A stretch of 32,000 nucleotides of DNA from Candidatus Atelocyanobacterium thalassa isolate ALOHA (GTDB taxonomy: Bacteria; Cyanobacteriota; Cyanobacteriia; Cyanobacteriales; Microcystaceae): contig NC_013771.1 of NCBI RefSeq assembly GCF_000025125.1, forward strand, positions 600,001 through 632,000, in the 5' to 3' direction. Under the pieces are notes generated by a model. It was not told where the DNA came from. It made no database searches and saw nothing but the letters and a program-made list of their open reading frames with translations. The translations under genes and the position numbers were made by a program. Positions 11,073 through 19,723 of the stretch are shown one piece after another (the stretch's first letter is position 1; each line of letters starts with the position of its first letter).

Positions 11073-12479
11073 ATGGCTATTAAGTCAATCTCCAGCGAAT
11101 CTTCAAAAAAAAACATTCTAGCAGGTAGCTCTTCTACTACAGAGTCTACGCCAGTTCTTGCGCTTAAAGAAATTGTAGCTAATTTATGTCGAGAGCAAAA
11201 TAAAATTCAAAATTTACTTAGTTCTTTAGGATTTGCTCTAAGAAGCTTTAATAATCTAAATCAATTTTTGGAATTAGCTCCGTTGATGGCAGCCAGAGTT
11301 ACTGATGCTGACTGTAGCGCATTGATACTAGTTAATAACAGCGGATATTTGTCACTAGAACAGCTACATTGTCAAGATCATCAAATGAACCAAGAGATTA
11401 GAGAGGCTATCTCTAGTGTTATTAACAAAACAAATAATAAACAAATAAATTCGATTTTATCAACATCTTTAGATGAAAAGATTTCTAATGTTTTAGGTAA
11501 AAAGAGTTGTCTTTACAGTACCCCTATCTTGGTCAAAAATGTAGAGAGAGGACGTATTTATATTTTTAGTAGTGATTCAGAATACTCATGGACTCAAACT
11601 AAGCGAAAGTTGTTACAGTTAGTTTCCGATCAAACATCAGTAGCGATCGCAAATAATGAACTAACTGTAGAGTTGCGCTCTAAAGAAAGACAGGATAGAG
11701 AACTAGAAATTGCATCAGAGATTCAGCTTCGCTTATTGCCTCGTCAATGCCCTAAAATAAAGGGCGTAAATTTAGCAGCTCGTTGTCAAACTGCCAGTCG
11801 AGTAGGAGGAGATTATTACGATTTTATTCCTACAAATTATGATCAATTTTTACAAAATAAAGATTTTAAACAAGATGATAGATTTACTTGCGTACCTTGG
11901 AGTATTGTCATAGGGGATGTCATGGGGAAAGGAGTGCCTGCAGGTTTAATTATGACAATGACCAGAGGTATGCTTAGAGCAGAAGTCTTACATCGTCATT
12001 CTCCTGCACAAATACTTCAACATCTTAATCATTTTATGTATGTTGATCTAGATAACTCTCATCGTTTTGTAACACTATTTTACTCTGAATACAATCCTCA
12101 AAACGGTTGTTTATCTTATAGTAACGCTGCTCACAATCCTCCTTTACTTTGGAAAGGGGCAGCGCATAATATTCAAAAATTAGATACAGAAGGTATGCTA
12201 ATTGGACTAGATCCTGATTCTCAGTATGAAGATGGTCAAGTACAACTTTCTTCTGGAGATGTAGTTCTCTACTATACTGATGGTTTTACAGATGCTGTCA
12301 ATAAAAAAGGTCTTCGCTTTGATGAGAAAAACCTTATCAAAGTATTTGAGGAAGGATGTCAAAAATATAAAAATTCTCAAGAAATTCTTGATTATGTATT
12401 TAATCAAATTGAAAATTTTGTTGGTTCAGAAAATGATGATAATGATGATATGACTTTAGTTGTCATGCAAATAGAATAA
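11073..12479 (+). CDS. GAF-domain PP2C/SpoIIE-type serine phosphatase (RsbU/IcfG-like)
   Basis: The C-terminal half carries the SpoIIE/PP2C motifs GGDYYDF, IGDVMGKGVPAG, YTDGFTDA and DDMTLVVM. The N-terminal half is GAF-like. The ATG at 11073 is preferred over the TTG at 11061 used by the ORF track. Confidence 0.82.
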   Translation: MAIKSISSESSKKNILAGSSSTTESTPVLALKEIVANLCREQNKIQNLLSSLGFALRSFNNLNQFLELAPLMAARVTDADCSALILVNNSGYLSLEQLHCQDHQMNQEIREAISSVINKTNNKQINSILSTSLDEKISNVLGKKSCLYSTPILVKNVERGRIYIFSSDSEYSWTQTKRKLLQLVSDQTSVAIANNELTVELRSKERQDRELEIASEIQLRLLPRQCPKIKGVNLAARCQTASRVGGDYYDFIPTNYDQFLQNKDFKQDDRFTCVPWSIVIGDVMGKGVPAGLIMTMTRGMLRAEVLHRHSPAQILQHLNHFMYVDLDNSHRFVTLFYSEYNPQNGCLSYSNAAHNPPLLWKGAAHNIQKLDTEGMLIGLDPDSQYEDGQVQLSSGDVVLYYTDGFTDAVNKKGLRFDEKNLIKVFEEGCQKYKNSQEILDYVFNQIENFVGSENDDNDDMTLVVMQIE

Positions 12480-12580
12480 TTGGTTTTTAACGCATAGGTT
12501 ATATTTCTTTGTAACACTAGAATGAGTTATTTAATTGAACAAGACAAAAATTGATCTCAATAGACAATTTATTTGAATAA

Positions 12581-12651
12581 GCGGGTAACGCGATTCGAAC
12601 GCGCGACATTCACCTTGGCAAGGTGACGCTCTACCACTGAGCTATACCCGC
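12581..12651 (-). tRNA. tRNA-Gly (anticodon GCC)
   Basis: The reverse complement reads GCGGGTA-TA-GCTC-AGTGGTA-GAGC-G-TCACC-TTGCCAA-GGTGA-ATGTC-GCGCG-TTCGAAT-CGCGT-TACCCGC. This is a perfect cloverleaf of 71 nt. The 7-nt anticodon loop has GCC at positions 34-36. CCA is not encoded. Confidence 0.95.
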
Positions 12652-12713
12652 ATCTTAAGCTGCAGCTATCAATATAGTATAAATTTATAAAGATGTCAAC
12701 TGTCTACAACATT

Positions 12714-13145
12714 TTAAGAAGCAATATGTCTTTGATCTAACCACCGCTGTAGAATTATTTTAGCAGCATAGCAATCAACTAATCCCTTCTCATAACTAGA
12801 GTACTTTCTTTGTGCTTTTAATTCTGATACAGCTTCTAATGAAGTGAATCTCTCATCAATATATTCTATAGGTAGATTTAAAATTGTAGAAATACGATTA
12901 CCAAACTTTTGTATCTGCTTAGCTTGAGATCCCAAACTTCCATCCATTAAAATAGGTAGTCCAACAACTAACTTTGTTGCTTCTCTTGTCTCTATCAATT
13001 TTTTCAATTTTTCAATATCAGATGTAAATGATTGACGATGAATAGTTATTAATTCTGTAGCTATTAAACCAGTTCCATCACATCCTGCAACGCCAATCCT
13101 TTTTTTACCAACATCTAAACCCAAAACACAGACTTTCTTGATCAC
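12714..13145 (-). CDS. ruvX: Putative pre-16S rRNA nuclease / Holliday junction resolvase-like protein YqgF
   Basis: 143-aa ORF with a GTG start. The N-terminus VLGLDVGKKRIGVAGCD, plus VVGLP and DERFTS, are characteristic of YqgF/RuvX. Confidence 0.85.
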   Translation of the reverse strand: MIKKVCVLGLDVGKKRIGVAGCDGTGLIATELITIHRQSFTSDIEKLKKLIETREATKLVVGLPILMDGSLGSQAKQIQKFGNRISTILNLPIEYIDERFTSLEAVSELKAQRKYSSYEKGLVDCYAAKIILQRWLDQRHIAS

Positions 13146-13491
13146 GATAAAAATATATTATGAATTATGAAAACATAATATTATCCTAGATGAAACTAGT
13201 CGAGTATTATGAATATCAAATGTATAAAAAACACTATAAATTTTTATGGTCATAGAAAGACTATTTAATAACTTTTTTATTAATATTTAAGACAACCTCC
13301 TATCTTAACGTACACATATTAGTATTTTGATATTTAGAAACACTGTGTATTTAAAATTATATGTTCGAAGACAGAAATGTCACAAAATTATTATTAACTT
13401 AGTTAAAATTAAGATTGCAGTTTACAGATTTAGTTACAATAGAGTAATTTAAGGTAAATATTATACATATACCTAATAAAAAACCAAACCC

Positions 13492-14577
13492 ATGCTAATG
13501 CAAATGGAACTGTATAATTTAATCGCTTTTTCTATCGCGCTTATAATGGTTTGGTGGATAACGCCTATTATCAACAAAGTTGGACAAAAGAAAGGATTAG
13601 TCGACAACCCTCAAAACGACGCTAATAACCGTAAAATGCATCAGCGTCCAATGGTAAGGCTAGGGGGTATTTCTGTTTTTGCTGGAACTATTACTGCCTT
13701 ACTTTTTGTTTGGATTCTTGGAGGGTTTGGATGGTTACCTACTCAGAAAGAATGGGAAATTTGGGGGGTCATCATTGGAGGAGTTACATTTTTTTTCATT
13801 GGATTAATTGATGATCTTTATGATTTAAGTCCTTTATATCGTCTAATCTTACAAGTTATTGTTGCGAGTATAGCTTGGGGTGTTGGCGTTCGTGTTGACT
13901 TTTTATCAGTTCCTTTTGGAAATTTAAGTTTAGTACATATTGGTTGGTTAAGTCTTCCTGTTACCGTGATTTGGCTAGTAGGAATGGCTAATGCTATCAA
14001 CTGGATTGATGGATTAGATGGATTGGCTGCCGGAGTTTGTGGTATCTCTGCTGTCGTTATGATGGTTCTTACTCTTTTCATGGAGCAACCTTCTGCAGCT
14101 TTGATATCTGCAGCCTTAGCTGGCTCTGCATTAGGATTTTTACGATATAACTTTAATCCTGCAATTATTTTTATGGGGGATGGTGGGGCATACTTTATGG
14201 GATTTACCTTAGCAGGAGTAGGAGCTATTGGATTAGTTAAAATAGCAACAATGGCTACTGTAGCATTTACAGCAGTACTATTACCTTTCGTCGTTTTGGC
14301 TGTCCCAATCTTGGACATGTCAGTTGTTATTATTTCTCGTATTAGCCAAAGAAAGTCGCCTTTCATAGCAGATAAACGTCATTTACACCATCGCTTAATT
14401 CAAGCAGGTATATCACATCGTTTAACTGTATTATTTATTTATACTTTAACTTTATGGGTAGGAAGTATTGCACTGGGATTATCTAATATTCCTAGTGGTT
14501 GGGGCTTTACTTTAGGTGCAACAATTCTTTTAGGGTATATTAGTTCCAGAGCTTGGAATAGAAGTCATAAAAAATAA
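13492..14577 (+). CDS. Glycosyltransferase family 4 polyprenyl-phosphate sugar-1-phosphate transferase (WecA/Rfe-like)
   Basis: Polytopic membrane ORF with GLIDDLYDLSP, NAINWIDGLDGLAAG, FMGDGGAYFMGF and DKRHLHHRL. This motif set is WecA/TagO-like rather than MraY-like. Confidence 0.8.
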   Translation: MLMQMELYNLIAFSIALIMVWWITPIINKVGQKKGLVDNPQNDANNRKMHQRPMVRLGGISVFAGTITALLFVWILGGFGWLPTQKEWEIWGVIIGGVTFFFIGLIDDLYDLSPLYRLILQVIVASIAWGVGVRVDFLSVPFGNLSLVHIGWLSLPVTVIWLVGMANAINWIDGLDGLAAGVCGISAVVMMVLTLFMEQPSAALISAALAGSALGFLRYNFNPAIIFMGDGGAYFMGFTLAGVGAIGLVKIATMATVAFTAVLLPFVVLAVPILDMSVVIISRISQRKSPFIADKRHLHHRLIQAGISHRLTVLFIYTLTLWVGSIALGLSNIPSGWGFTLGATILLGYISSRAWNRSHKK

Positions 14578-14913
14578 CTAATGTGATCGTATATTTTTAT
14601 TCACTTAATAGATTTATCTTAAAAAAATCATTTATGGTTTTAATTATCTTGTTTAAGACATCTAATTAAATTAGATGTTTCACATGATTTAACTGTCTTT
14701 GTTTACAGTAGATCCTACAAAAAGTTTTAGTATATTCTTGCGAATAGTTAGTAAGTTTTACAAGAAAATAAAATAATAAATATTTTTTTAATTACCATAC
14801 ATTTATTTTACTATCTAAATTAATATAAATCATGATGAGTGAAATTTACTTTATATATTAATCAAAATAATTTCGCCTAAATTTTAATATAAGTAATGTA
14901 GATCTTTCTTTTT

Positions 14914-14958
14914 GAAAAAAATAAGCTTTACACTAATTATTCAATCAGTGTAAAGCTT
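14914..14958 (-). terminator. Rho-independent terminator of psaL
   Basis: Perfect 12-bp stem (14923-14934 aagctttacact / 14947-14958 agtgtaaagctt) with a 12-nt loop. On the minus strand it is followed by ATTTTTTTC and lies 31 nt after the psaL stop. Confidence 0.8.
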
Positions 14959-14988
14959 GGATAGGACTATAGAAAGCCTAAATTATTC

Positions 14989-15474
14989 TTAATGTACAGA
15001 CCAAACACCTTTTACAACTTCTTGTAAAAGTTCTACATGAGGCGTTTGGCAAAGAAGATAAGCAAAAAATCCTCCTCCACAACCACCCATAAAGAAACCA
15101 TTAGCAAACTCGCTCCAGCCTTCAGAAGTGCCCAAATTTTCAGGAGCTTCTGGAGCTGTTATGGTAGCCAAAGGTTTTTTGGAGCTTCTTTCGGCGTACA
15201 TAGATAAGGCAATGGTCAAAATAGAAATTAAACCAATAGTAGCTATAACTCCTGTTACAGCAGCCTGTTCTGTATTACGTAATGGATTTAAAATAGCGAA
15301 TGGTCCATAAAGAAAATAACCATGAGCCATACCAACTTCTAAACCACGACGGTTTGCAGATAATCCTTTACGGTAAGCAGGTAAATTTCTAATAAAAGCG
15401 AGAGTAAATCCTGATGAATTAAAAGGAGTGGCTAAATTAGCATCTTCACAATGTTGAATTACTTTTGTTGTCAT
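14989..15474 (-). CDS. psaL: Photosystem I reaction centre subunit XI
   Basis: FIRNLPAYRKGLSANRRGLEVGMAHGYFLYGPF is the PsaL signature. The ATG at 15474 (MTTKVIQ...) is preferred. The ORF-track start 15483 is a GTG three codons upstream. Confidence 0.92.
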   Translation of the reverse strand: MTTKVIQHCEDANLATPFNSSGFTLAFIRNLPAYRKGLSANRRGLEVGMAHGYFLYGPFAILNPLRNTEQAAVTGVIATIGLISILTIALSMYAERSSKKPLATITAPEAPENLGTSEGWSEFANGFFMGGCGGGFFAYLLCQTPHVELLQEVVKGVWSVH

Positions 15475-15646
15475 ATTAATCACTTAGTATAAGTTGTCCA
15501 ACTTGTCTGCAGTATATTTTACTGTACCCCCATTTTTAACTTCTTTTAATATAGAATGTTAAGAATCTTTATAATTGACCAATTAAAGGAAACCTGACAG
15601 ATAAGATTCATGATATGGCACTCTAAAAAAATAGGAGTATAAAAGA

Positions 15647-15760
15647 ATGCTAGGTACATATGCACTTCCTTACTTACCCGTGATATTTGTTCCTTTAATG
15701 GCTGTTTTAGCATTTACAGTTATGGGCTTATTATTTATGCATGTTGAATCTGAAGCCTAA
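15647..15760 (+). CDS. psaI: Photosystem I reaction centre subunit VIII
   Basis: 37-codon ORF absent from the track because it is under 60 aa: MLGTYALPYLPVIFVPLMAVLAFTVMGLLFMHVESEA. It matches the PsaI pattern (...SYLPxIxxPxxxxxxPxxxMGLLFxHIESE) and has a single TM helix. AGGAG lies 10 nt upstream. It is divergent from psaL. Confidence 0.85.
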   Translation: MLGTYALPYLPVIFVPLMAVLAFTVMGLLFMHVESEA

Positions 15761-15780
15761 ATAATTAACTGTTCTTTCCT

Positions 15781-15813
15781 CAAAGTCTCTCTATCTAAAT
15801 ATGAGAGACTTTG
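15781..15813 (+). terminator. Stem-loop downstream of psaI (possible terminator, no U-run)
   Basis: Perfect 11-bp stem caaagtctctc / gagagactttg with an 11-nt loop, 21 nt after the psaI stop. It is followed by aataatt rather than a T-run. Confidence 0.4.
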
Positions 15814-15903
15814 AATAATTATGAGCTTTCGTATATTTTTTGTACATGAACGAAAGACAATCCTTGAGTTTTATAAACTCAATATTATTTATTATAAATT
15901 TTT

Positions 15904-16146
15904 ATGTGTTTAGCAGTACCTGGAAAAATAATTAGTATTAGTGGTGAAAAACCTTTATTGAAGAAAGGGAAAGTTAGCTTTAATGGAGTTATTAAAGAAG
16001 TTAGCTTAGCTTATGTTCCTCAAGCTAATATAGGAGATTACGTTATTGTTCATGTAGGTTTTGCTTTAACTATTTTAGACGAGGAAGCAGCTGAAAAAAG
16101 TTTGGCAGAATTCCATGATTTAGAAAAAACTTTGTCATCAATGTAG
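15904..16146 (+). CDS. hypC: [NiFe]-hydrogenase maturation chaperone HypC/HupF family
   Basis: 80-aa ORF starting MCLAVPGKII (the invariant N-terminal Met-Cys), with GDYVIVHVGFAL. Confidence 0.88.
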   Translation: MCLAVPGKIISISGEKPLLKKGKVSFNGVIKEVSLAYVPQANIGDYVIVHVGFALTILDEEAAEKSLAEFHDLEKTLSSM

Positions 16147-16226
16147 CAAGACTACAAAACTATAGACTACTAGTCTTCTTAAAGTAAGTATTACGAATAT
16201 TTATTTGTTTAGACAACAATAATTAT

Positions 16227-17459
16227 TTATGAACATAGTTCTATTTCTTTAATTATCTTTTCTAAAATTAAAGAAATATGTGTCCAATGAGTACCCCCCT
16301 GACAAAAAACAATATACGGCTCTCTTAGAGGACCATCAGCTGATAACTCGGAAGTGCTGCCATCTATAAAAGTCCCTCCAGCCATTATTAGTTGATCTTC
16401 ATAACCCGACATTTGAGAAGGAATTGGATCTAAATAAGAACCTACTGGGGAATAAGATTGCATTGTGCGACAAAAAGTTATTAATTTTTCGACAGATCCT
16501 AGTTTAATAGCTTGTATAGTATCCCTTCGAGTAGACATAGGTAAAGGATTTACTTCGTAACCAAGCTTATCAAAAATATAAGCTAATAAATGACTCCCTT
16601 TGATTGATTCTCCAACCATTTGTGGAGCTAAAAATAAGCCTTGAAATAATAATCTATTCTGGTTTAGTGTGGCCCCTCCCATACTTCCAATACCTGGAGA
16701 AGTTAATCGACAAGCGGCCATCTCTACAAGTTTTTTATTGCCTGCAACATAGCCTCCACTATTAACGATAGTTCCTCCTAGATTCTTAATTAGAGAACCA
16801 GCCATCAGATCAATACCAACTTCAGTTGGCTCTAATTCTTCTGCGAATTCACCGTAACAATTATCTACAAAACATATTACATGTGGATTTTGTTTTTTAA
16901 CAATTTGTACAATTTTTTTAATATCTGAAATAGATAAGCTTGGTCGCCAAGAATATCCGCAAGAGCGTTGAATAAAAACTAATTTAGTAGACAAATTAAT
17001 TGCCATTTTCAAATTATTCCAATCAATCGTTCCTTTATTAGTTAGCTCTAGTTGACGATATTTGATATGAAAATCTTTTAAAGAACCTTGGTGATTTCCT
17101 CTTAATCCAATAACTTCTTCTAATGTGTCATATGGCTTACCCGTAACTGACACCATCTCATCTCCTGGGCGCAGAACTCCAAATAATGCGGAAGCAATCG
17201 CATGTGTTCCTGATACGAATTGTATACGAACAATAGCTGATTCGGCACCAAGTATTTTAGCAACAACTTTATCTAATACTTCTCTTCCAGAGTCATTATG
17301 TCCATATCCTGTAACACTTGAAAAATGATGAGTTCCTAAATGATAATAATGAAAAGAATTTAAAGTTTTTTTGAGATTTTGCTTAACTCTCTGATCAATA
17401 TCAAAAAAAATCGGTGATAGAATACTTTCTGCTTCTTGTATAAGTGTTGAAATGTTCAA
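16227..17459 (-). CDS. PLP-dependent methionine gamma-lyase-family protein (aluminium-resistance / YnbB-like)
   Basis: 410-aa ORF. VTGYGHNDSGRE, FVSGTHAI and SLIKNLGG (candidate PLP-lysine region) resemble the YnbB/aluminium-resistance family. Confidence 0.7.
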   Translation of the reverse strand: MNISTLIQEAESILSPIFFDIDQRVKQNLKKTLNSFHYYHLGTHHFSSVTGYGHNDSGREVLDKVVAKILGAESAIVRIQFVSGTHAIASALFGVLRPGDEMVSVTGKPYDTLEEVIGLRGNHQGSLKDFHIKYRQLELTNKGTIDWNNLKMAINLSTKLVFIQRSCGYSWRPSLSISDIKKIVQIVKKQNPHVICFVDNCYGEFAEELEPTEVGIDLMAGSLIKNLGGTIVNSGGYVAGNKKLVEMAACRLTSPGIGSMGGATLNQNRLLFQGLFLAPQMVGESIKGSHLLAYIFDKLGYEVNPLPMSTRRDTIQAIKLGSVEKLITFCRTMQSYSPVGSYLDPIPSQMSGYEDQLIMAGGTFIDGSTSELSADGPLREPYIVFCQGGTHWTHISLILEKIIKEIELCS

Positions 17460-17678
17460 ATTGTAACTCCAAACAAAATATTAGTGATGTTTAAATATTC
17501 TAAAAATAATCAAGTAAATTGATCTTAACTCAGGTGAAACGACAAATATTTTTTTTAATATCTAATTTCAATATAGTGCTTTATATGTAAGTATAATATT
17601 TATTCTTTAAAAGCTTGCCAAACTAGGTTAATAAAATTGCCAAGTATTGTTAATAACATTAAATATTGAGGTTTTTAC

Positions 17679-18503
17679 ATGATTGTTACCACATCGAAAA
17701 AACTTCCCCGTGACTGGACAATTATTGTTTATATGATTTTAATTCATTCCTTCGCATTATTTGCTTTATCACCAAGCAACTTTAGTTGGGGAGCTGTTGG
17801 TATAGCTATTTTTTTTTATTGGGTCACAGGAGCTTTGGGAATCACGTTAGGTTTTCATAGATTAGTTTCTCATCGTAGTTTTCAAACTCCTAAATGGCTA
17901 GAATATTTATTAGTTTTTTGTGGAACATTAGCTTGTCAAGGCGGAGTTATTCAGTGGGTTGGTTTGCATCGTATTCACCACAAATTTTCTGATACGAAGT
18001 CAGATCCTCATGATTCCAAACGCGGATTCTGGTGGAGTCACATGGGATGGATAATACATAAAATTCCTGCAGATAAATATATTTCTCTTTACACTCAAGA
18101 TATTAGTGAAGATCATTTTTATAAGTTTTGTCAAATTTTCATGATTCCAATTCAACTTTTTCTTGGAGTATTTCTTTACTTCTTAGGAGGAAAAGCTTTT
18201 GTAGTATGGGGTATATTTGTTCGTTTAGTAGTTGTTCTCCATTTTACTTGGTTTGTTAATAGTGCTACTCATAAATTTGGATATCAAAGCTATAAGTCTA
18301 ATGACAATTCTCGTAACTGCTGGTGGGTAGCATTATTGACTTTTGGAGAGGGGTGGCATAATAACCATCATGCCTATCAATATTCTGCTCGTCATGGAAT
18401 AACTTGGTGGGAAATTGATATTACTTGGATAACTATTAAATTTCTTAGGTTTTTAGGATTGGCTAAAAATGTAAAATTAGCTCCTAAAAGTAGCAATATA
18501 TAA
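17679..18503 (+). CDS. desC: Acyl-lipid delta-9 fatty acid desaturase
   Basis: Three histidine boxes, HRLVSH, HRIHHKFSD and HNNHHAY, in a membrane protein of typical size (274 aa). Confidence 0.88.
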   Translation: MIVTTSKKLPRDWTIIVYMILIHSFALFALSPSNFSWGAVGIAIFFYWVTGALGITLGFHRLVSHRSFQTPKWLEYLLVFCGTLACQGGVIQWVGLHRIHHKFSDTKSDPHDSKRGFWWSHMGWIIHKIPADKYISLYTQDISEDHFYKFCQIFMIPIQLFLGVFLYFLGGKAFVVWGIFVRLVVVLHFTWFVNSATHKFGYQSYKSNDNSRNCWWVALLTFGEGWHNNHHAYQYSARHGITWWEIDITWITIKFLRFLGLAKNVKLAPKSSNI

Positions 18504-18710
18504 GACATTATTCTTGTTAAAGCATAATATCTTATGTTTAATGATTAATATTAGAGTTTTAATTATATTATTTAATTTCAGTGTAGTGTCATATTCTCAA
18601 CAACAAAGTTGGAAACTATGTTAATATTAACAAGCGAGAATTATTTTATCGATAGCCATTCGAAAACAGTAGATTAATTTAATCCTATACATTAACTTTA
18701 GAACACGTTT

Positions 18711-18984
18711 ACATCAATTTACGTTAGCAATCTATCTTATGAAGCAGTCAAAATGACCTGAAACAATTTTTTACAAAACATTTACTTTTAAAAGAATTCA
18801 GATACCTTGTAAGTAAGGAAACTAGAAGACTTATTAGATTTAATTTTGTCAAAATGTAATCAGAAGATAAGAAGATGTTGCTATTGATGCACTTAATGAT
18901 TCTAAATTAATGGGTCGATTACTAAAATTAAGTAAAGCTAGACCAGGAAAAAATAAAAAATCTTTTAATAATCGCCGTTATTAG
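18711..18984 (+). pseudogene. Decayed RRM-type RNA-binding protein gene (rbp) upstream of rpsU
   Basis: Four pieces in shifting frames spell an RRM protein. (1) 18711-18758 T-SIYVSNLSYEAVKMT then TGA; this is RNP2-like, and ACA replaces the expected ATG. (2) 18757-18813 PETIFYKTFTFKRIQIPCK then TAA. (3) 18815-18856 KETRRLIRFNFVKM then TAA; this is a degenerate RNP1, cf. RGFGFVEM. (4) 18874-18981 DVAIDALNDSKLMGRLLKLSKARPGKNKKSFNNRRY then TAG. Confidence 0.8.
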
Positions 18985-19155
18985 TTATTGATTCTAAAAA
19001 TCAAAAGCATAATAAATATTAAAAAAATTTTAATAGAATGGTTCGAAGCTGGAGTTATATATTAATAAAATTTGTTTATTAGTAAAAATTAATAGTTAGA
19101 ACATTCTCGACTTAATTTTATTAGTACATAGACAATTTCAGGAGGTAAGAACTAA

Positions 19156-19341
19156 ATGACCCAAATTATTCGCGGAGAGAATGAGGGTATTGAATCAGCT
19201 TTACGTCGCTTTAAAAGGCAAGTCAGCAAAGCTGGTATTTTCTATGATATGAAAAAAAATCGTCATTTTGAGACTCCAATTGAAAAACGTAAACGTAAAG
19301 CTCTTGCTAAACAACGACAACGTAAGAGAAGTTATCGTTAA
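19156..19341 (+). CDS. rpsU: 30S ribosomal protein S21
   Basis: 61-aa ORF with [22 protein letters not shown] and a basic C-terminus. AGGAGG lies 9 nt upstream of the ATG. Confidence 0.95.
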   Translation: MTQIIRGENEGIESALRRFKRQVSKAGIFYDMKKNRHFETPIEKRKRKALAKQRQRKRSYR

Positions 19342-19351
19342 GGATAAAAAT

Positions 19352-19400
19352 AAATAAGGCGGTATACACTAAACGAGTTTATACCGCCTTATTTATTTTT
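19352..19400 (+). terminator. Rho-independent terminator of rpsU
   Basis: Perfect 15-bp stem (19352-19366 aaataaggcggtata / 19380-19394 tataccgccttattt) with a 13-nt loop, followed by attttt. Confidence 0.85.
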
Positions 19401-19723
19401 AGAATACTTGTTGTCAAAAGTAAGAGAATTACTAACCTTTAAAGGCTATAGAAATACATACTTTAATTATTCATGTTGATTGTTTAGAGAAAGTAATATC
19501 TATTAATCTGAACACTGTATCTATTTTCTAAGAATAAGTATAGCTAGTATAGACAAGTTTTATAATTCATAAAATGATTGTAACAAGCTTTTTAAATGAT
19601 ATTTTCTTAATTAAAATTATTGTTAATCATAATTTTAAGATAATTTAACAGTAATTGATTTCAGAATATGCATGTATGATAGGTTAATTCTATTATTGAT
19701 ATAGTTACCAATAATAGAGTTAA

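Noticed and set aside
11643-11650. Single HIP1 octamer GCGATCGC
   Set aside because: I spotted one copy in 32 kb, inside the PP2C gene. This is not an over-represented repeat here and is only worth noting as consistent with an AT-rich, HIP1-poor genome.
13818-14366. 182-aa ORF on the minus strand
   Set aside because: It lies entirely inside, and antisense to, the well-supported GT4 (WecA-like) gene. Its translation is low-complexity (Thr/Ala/Pro/Ile-rich) with no recognisable motif. This is the typical shadow ORF of a relatively GC-richer membrane-protein gene.
16162-16177. ATAGACTACT shared between the palindrome at 10723-10744 and a partial palindrome just after hypC; also a GTAGT/ACTAC core in the cnfR-leader palindrome
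   Set aside because: A shared 10-mer between two sites is well within chance expectation for this window size and composition. Three dissimilar palindromes do not define a repeat family without genome-wide counts.
19687-19723. 9-bp stem ctattattg/caataatag immediately downstream of the futA stop
   Set aside because: It is all-AT, short, and lacks a U-run on the relevant strand. This is too weak to call a terminator.
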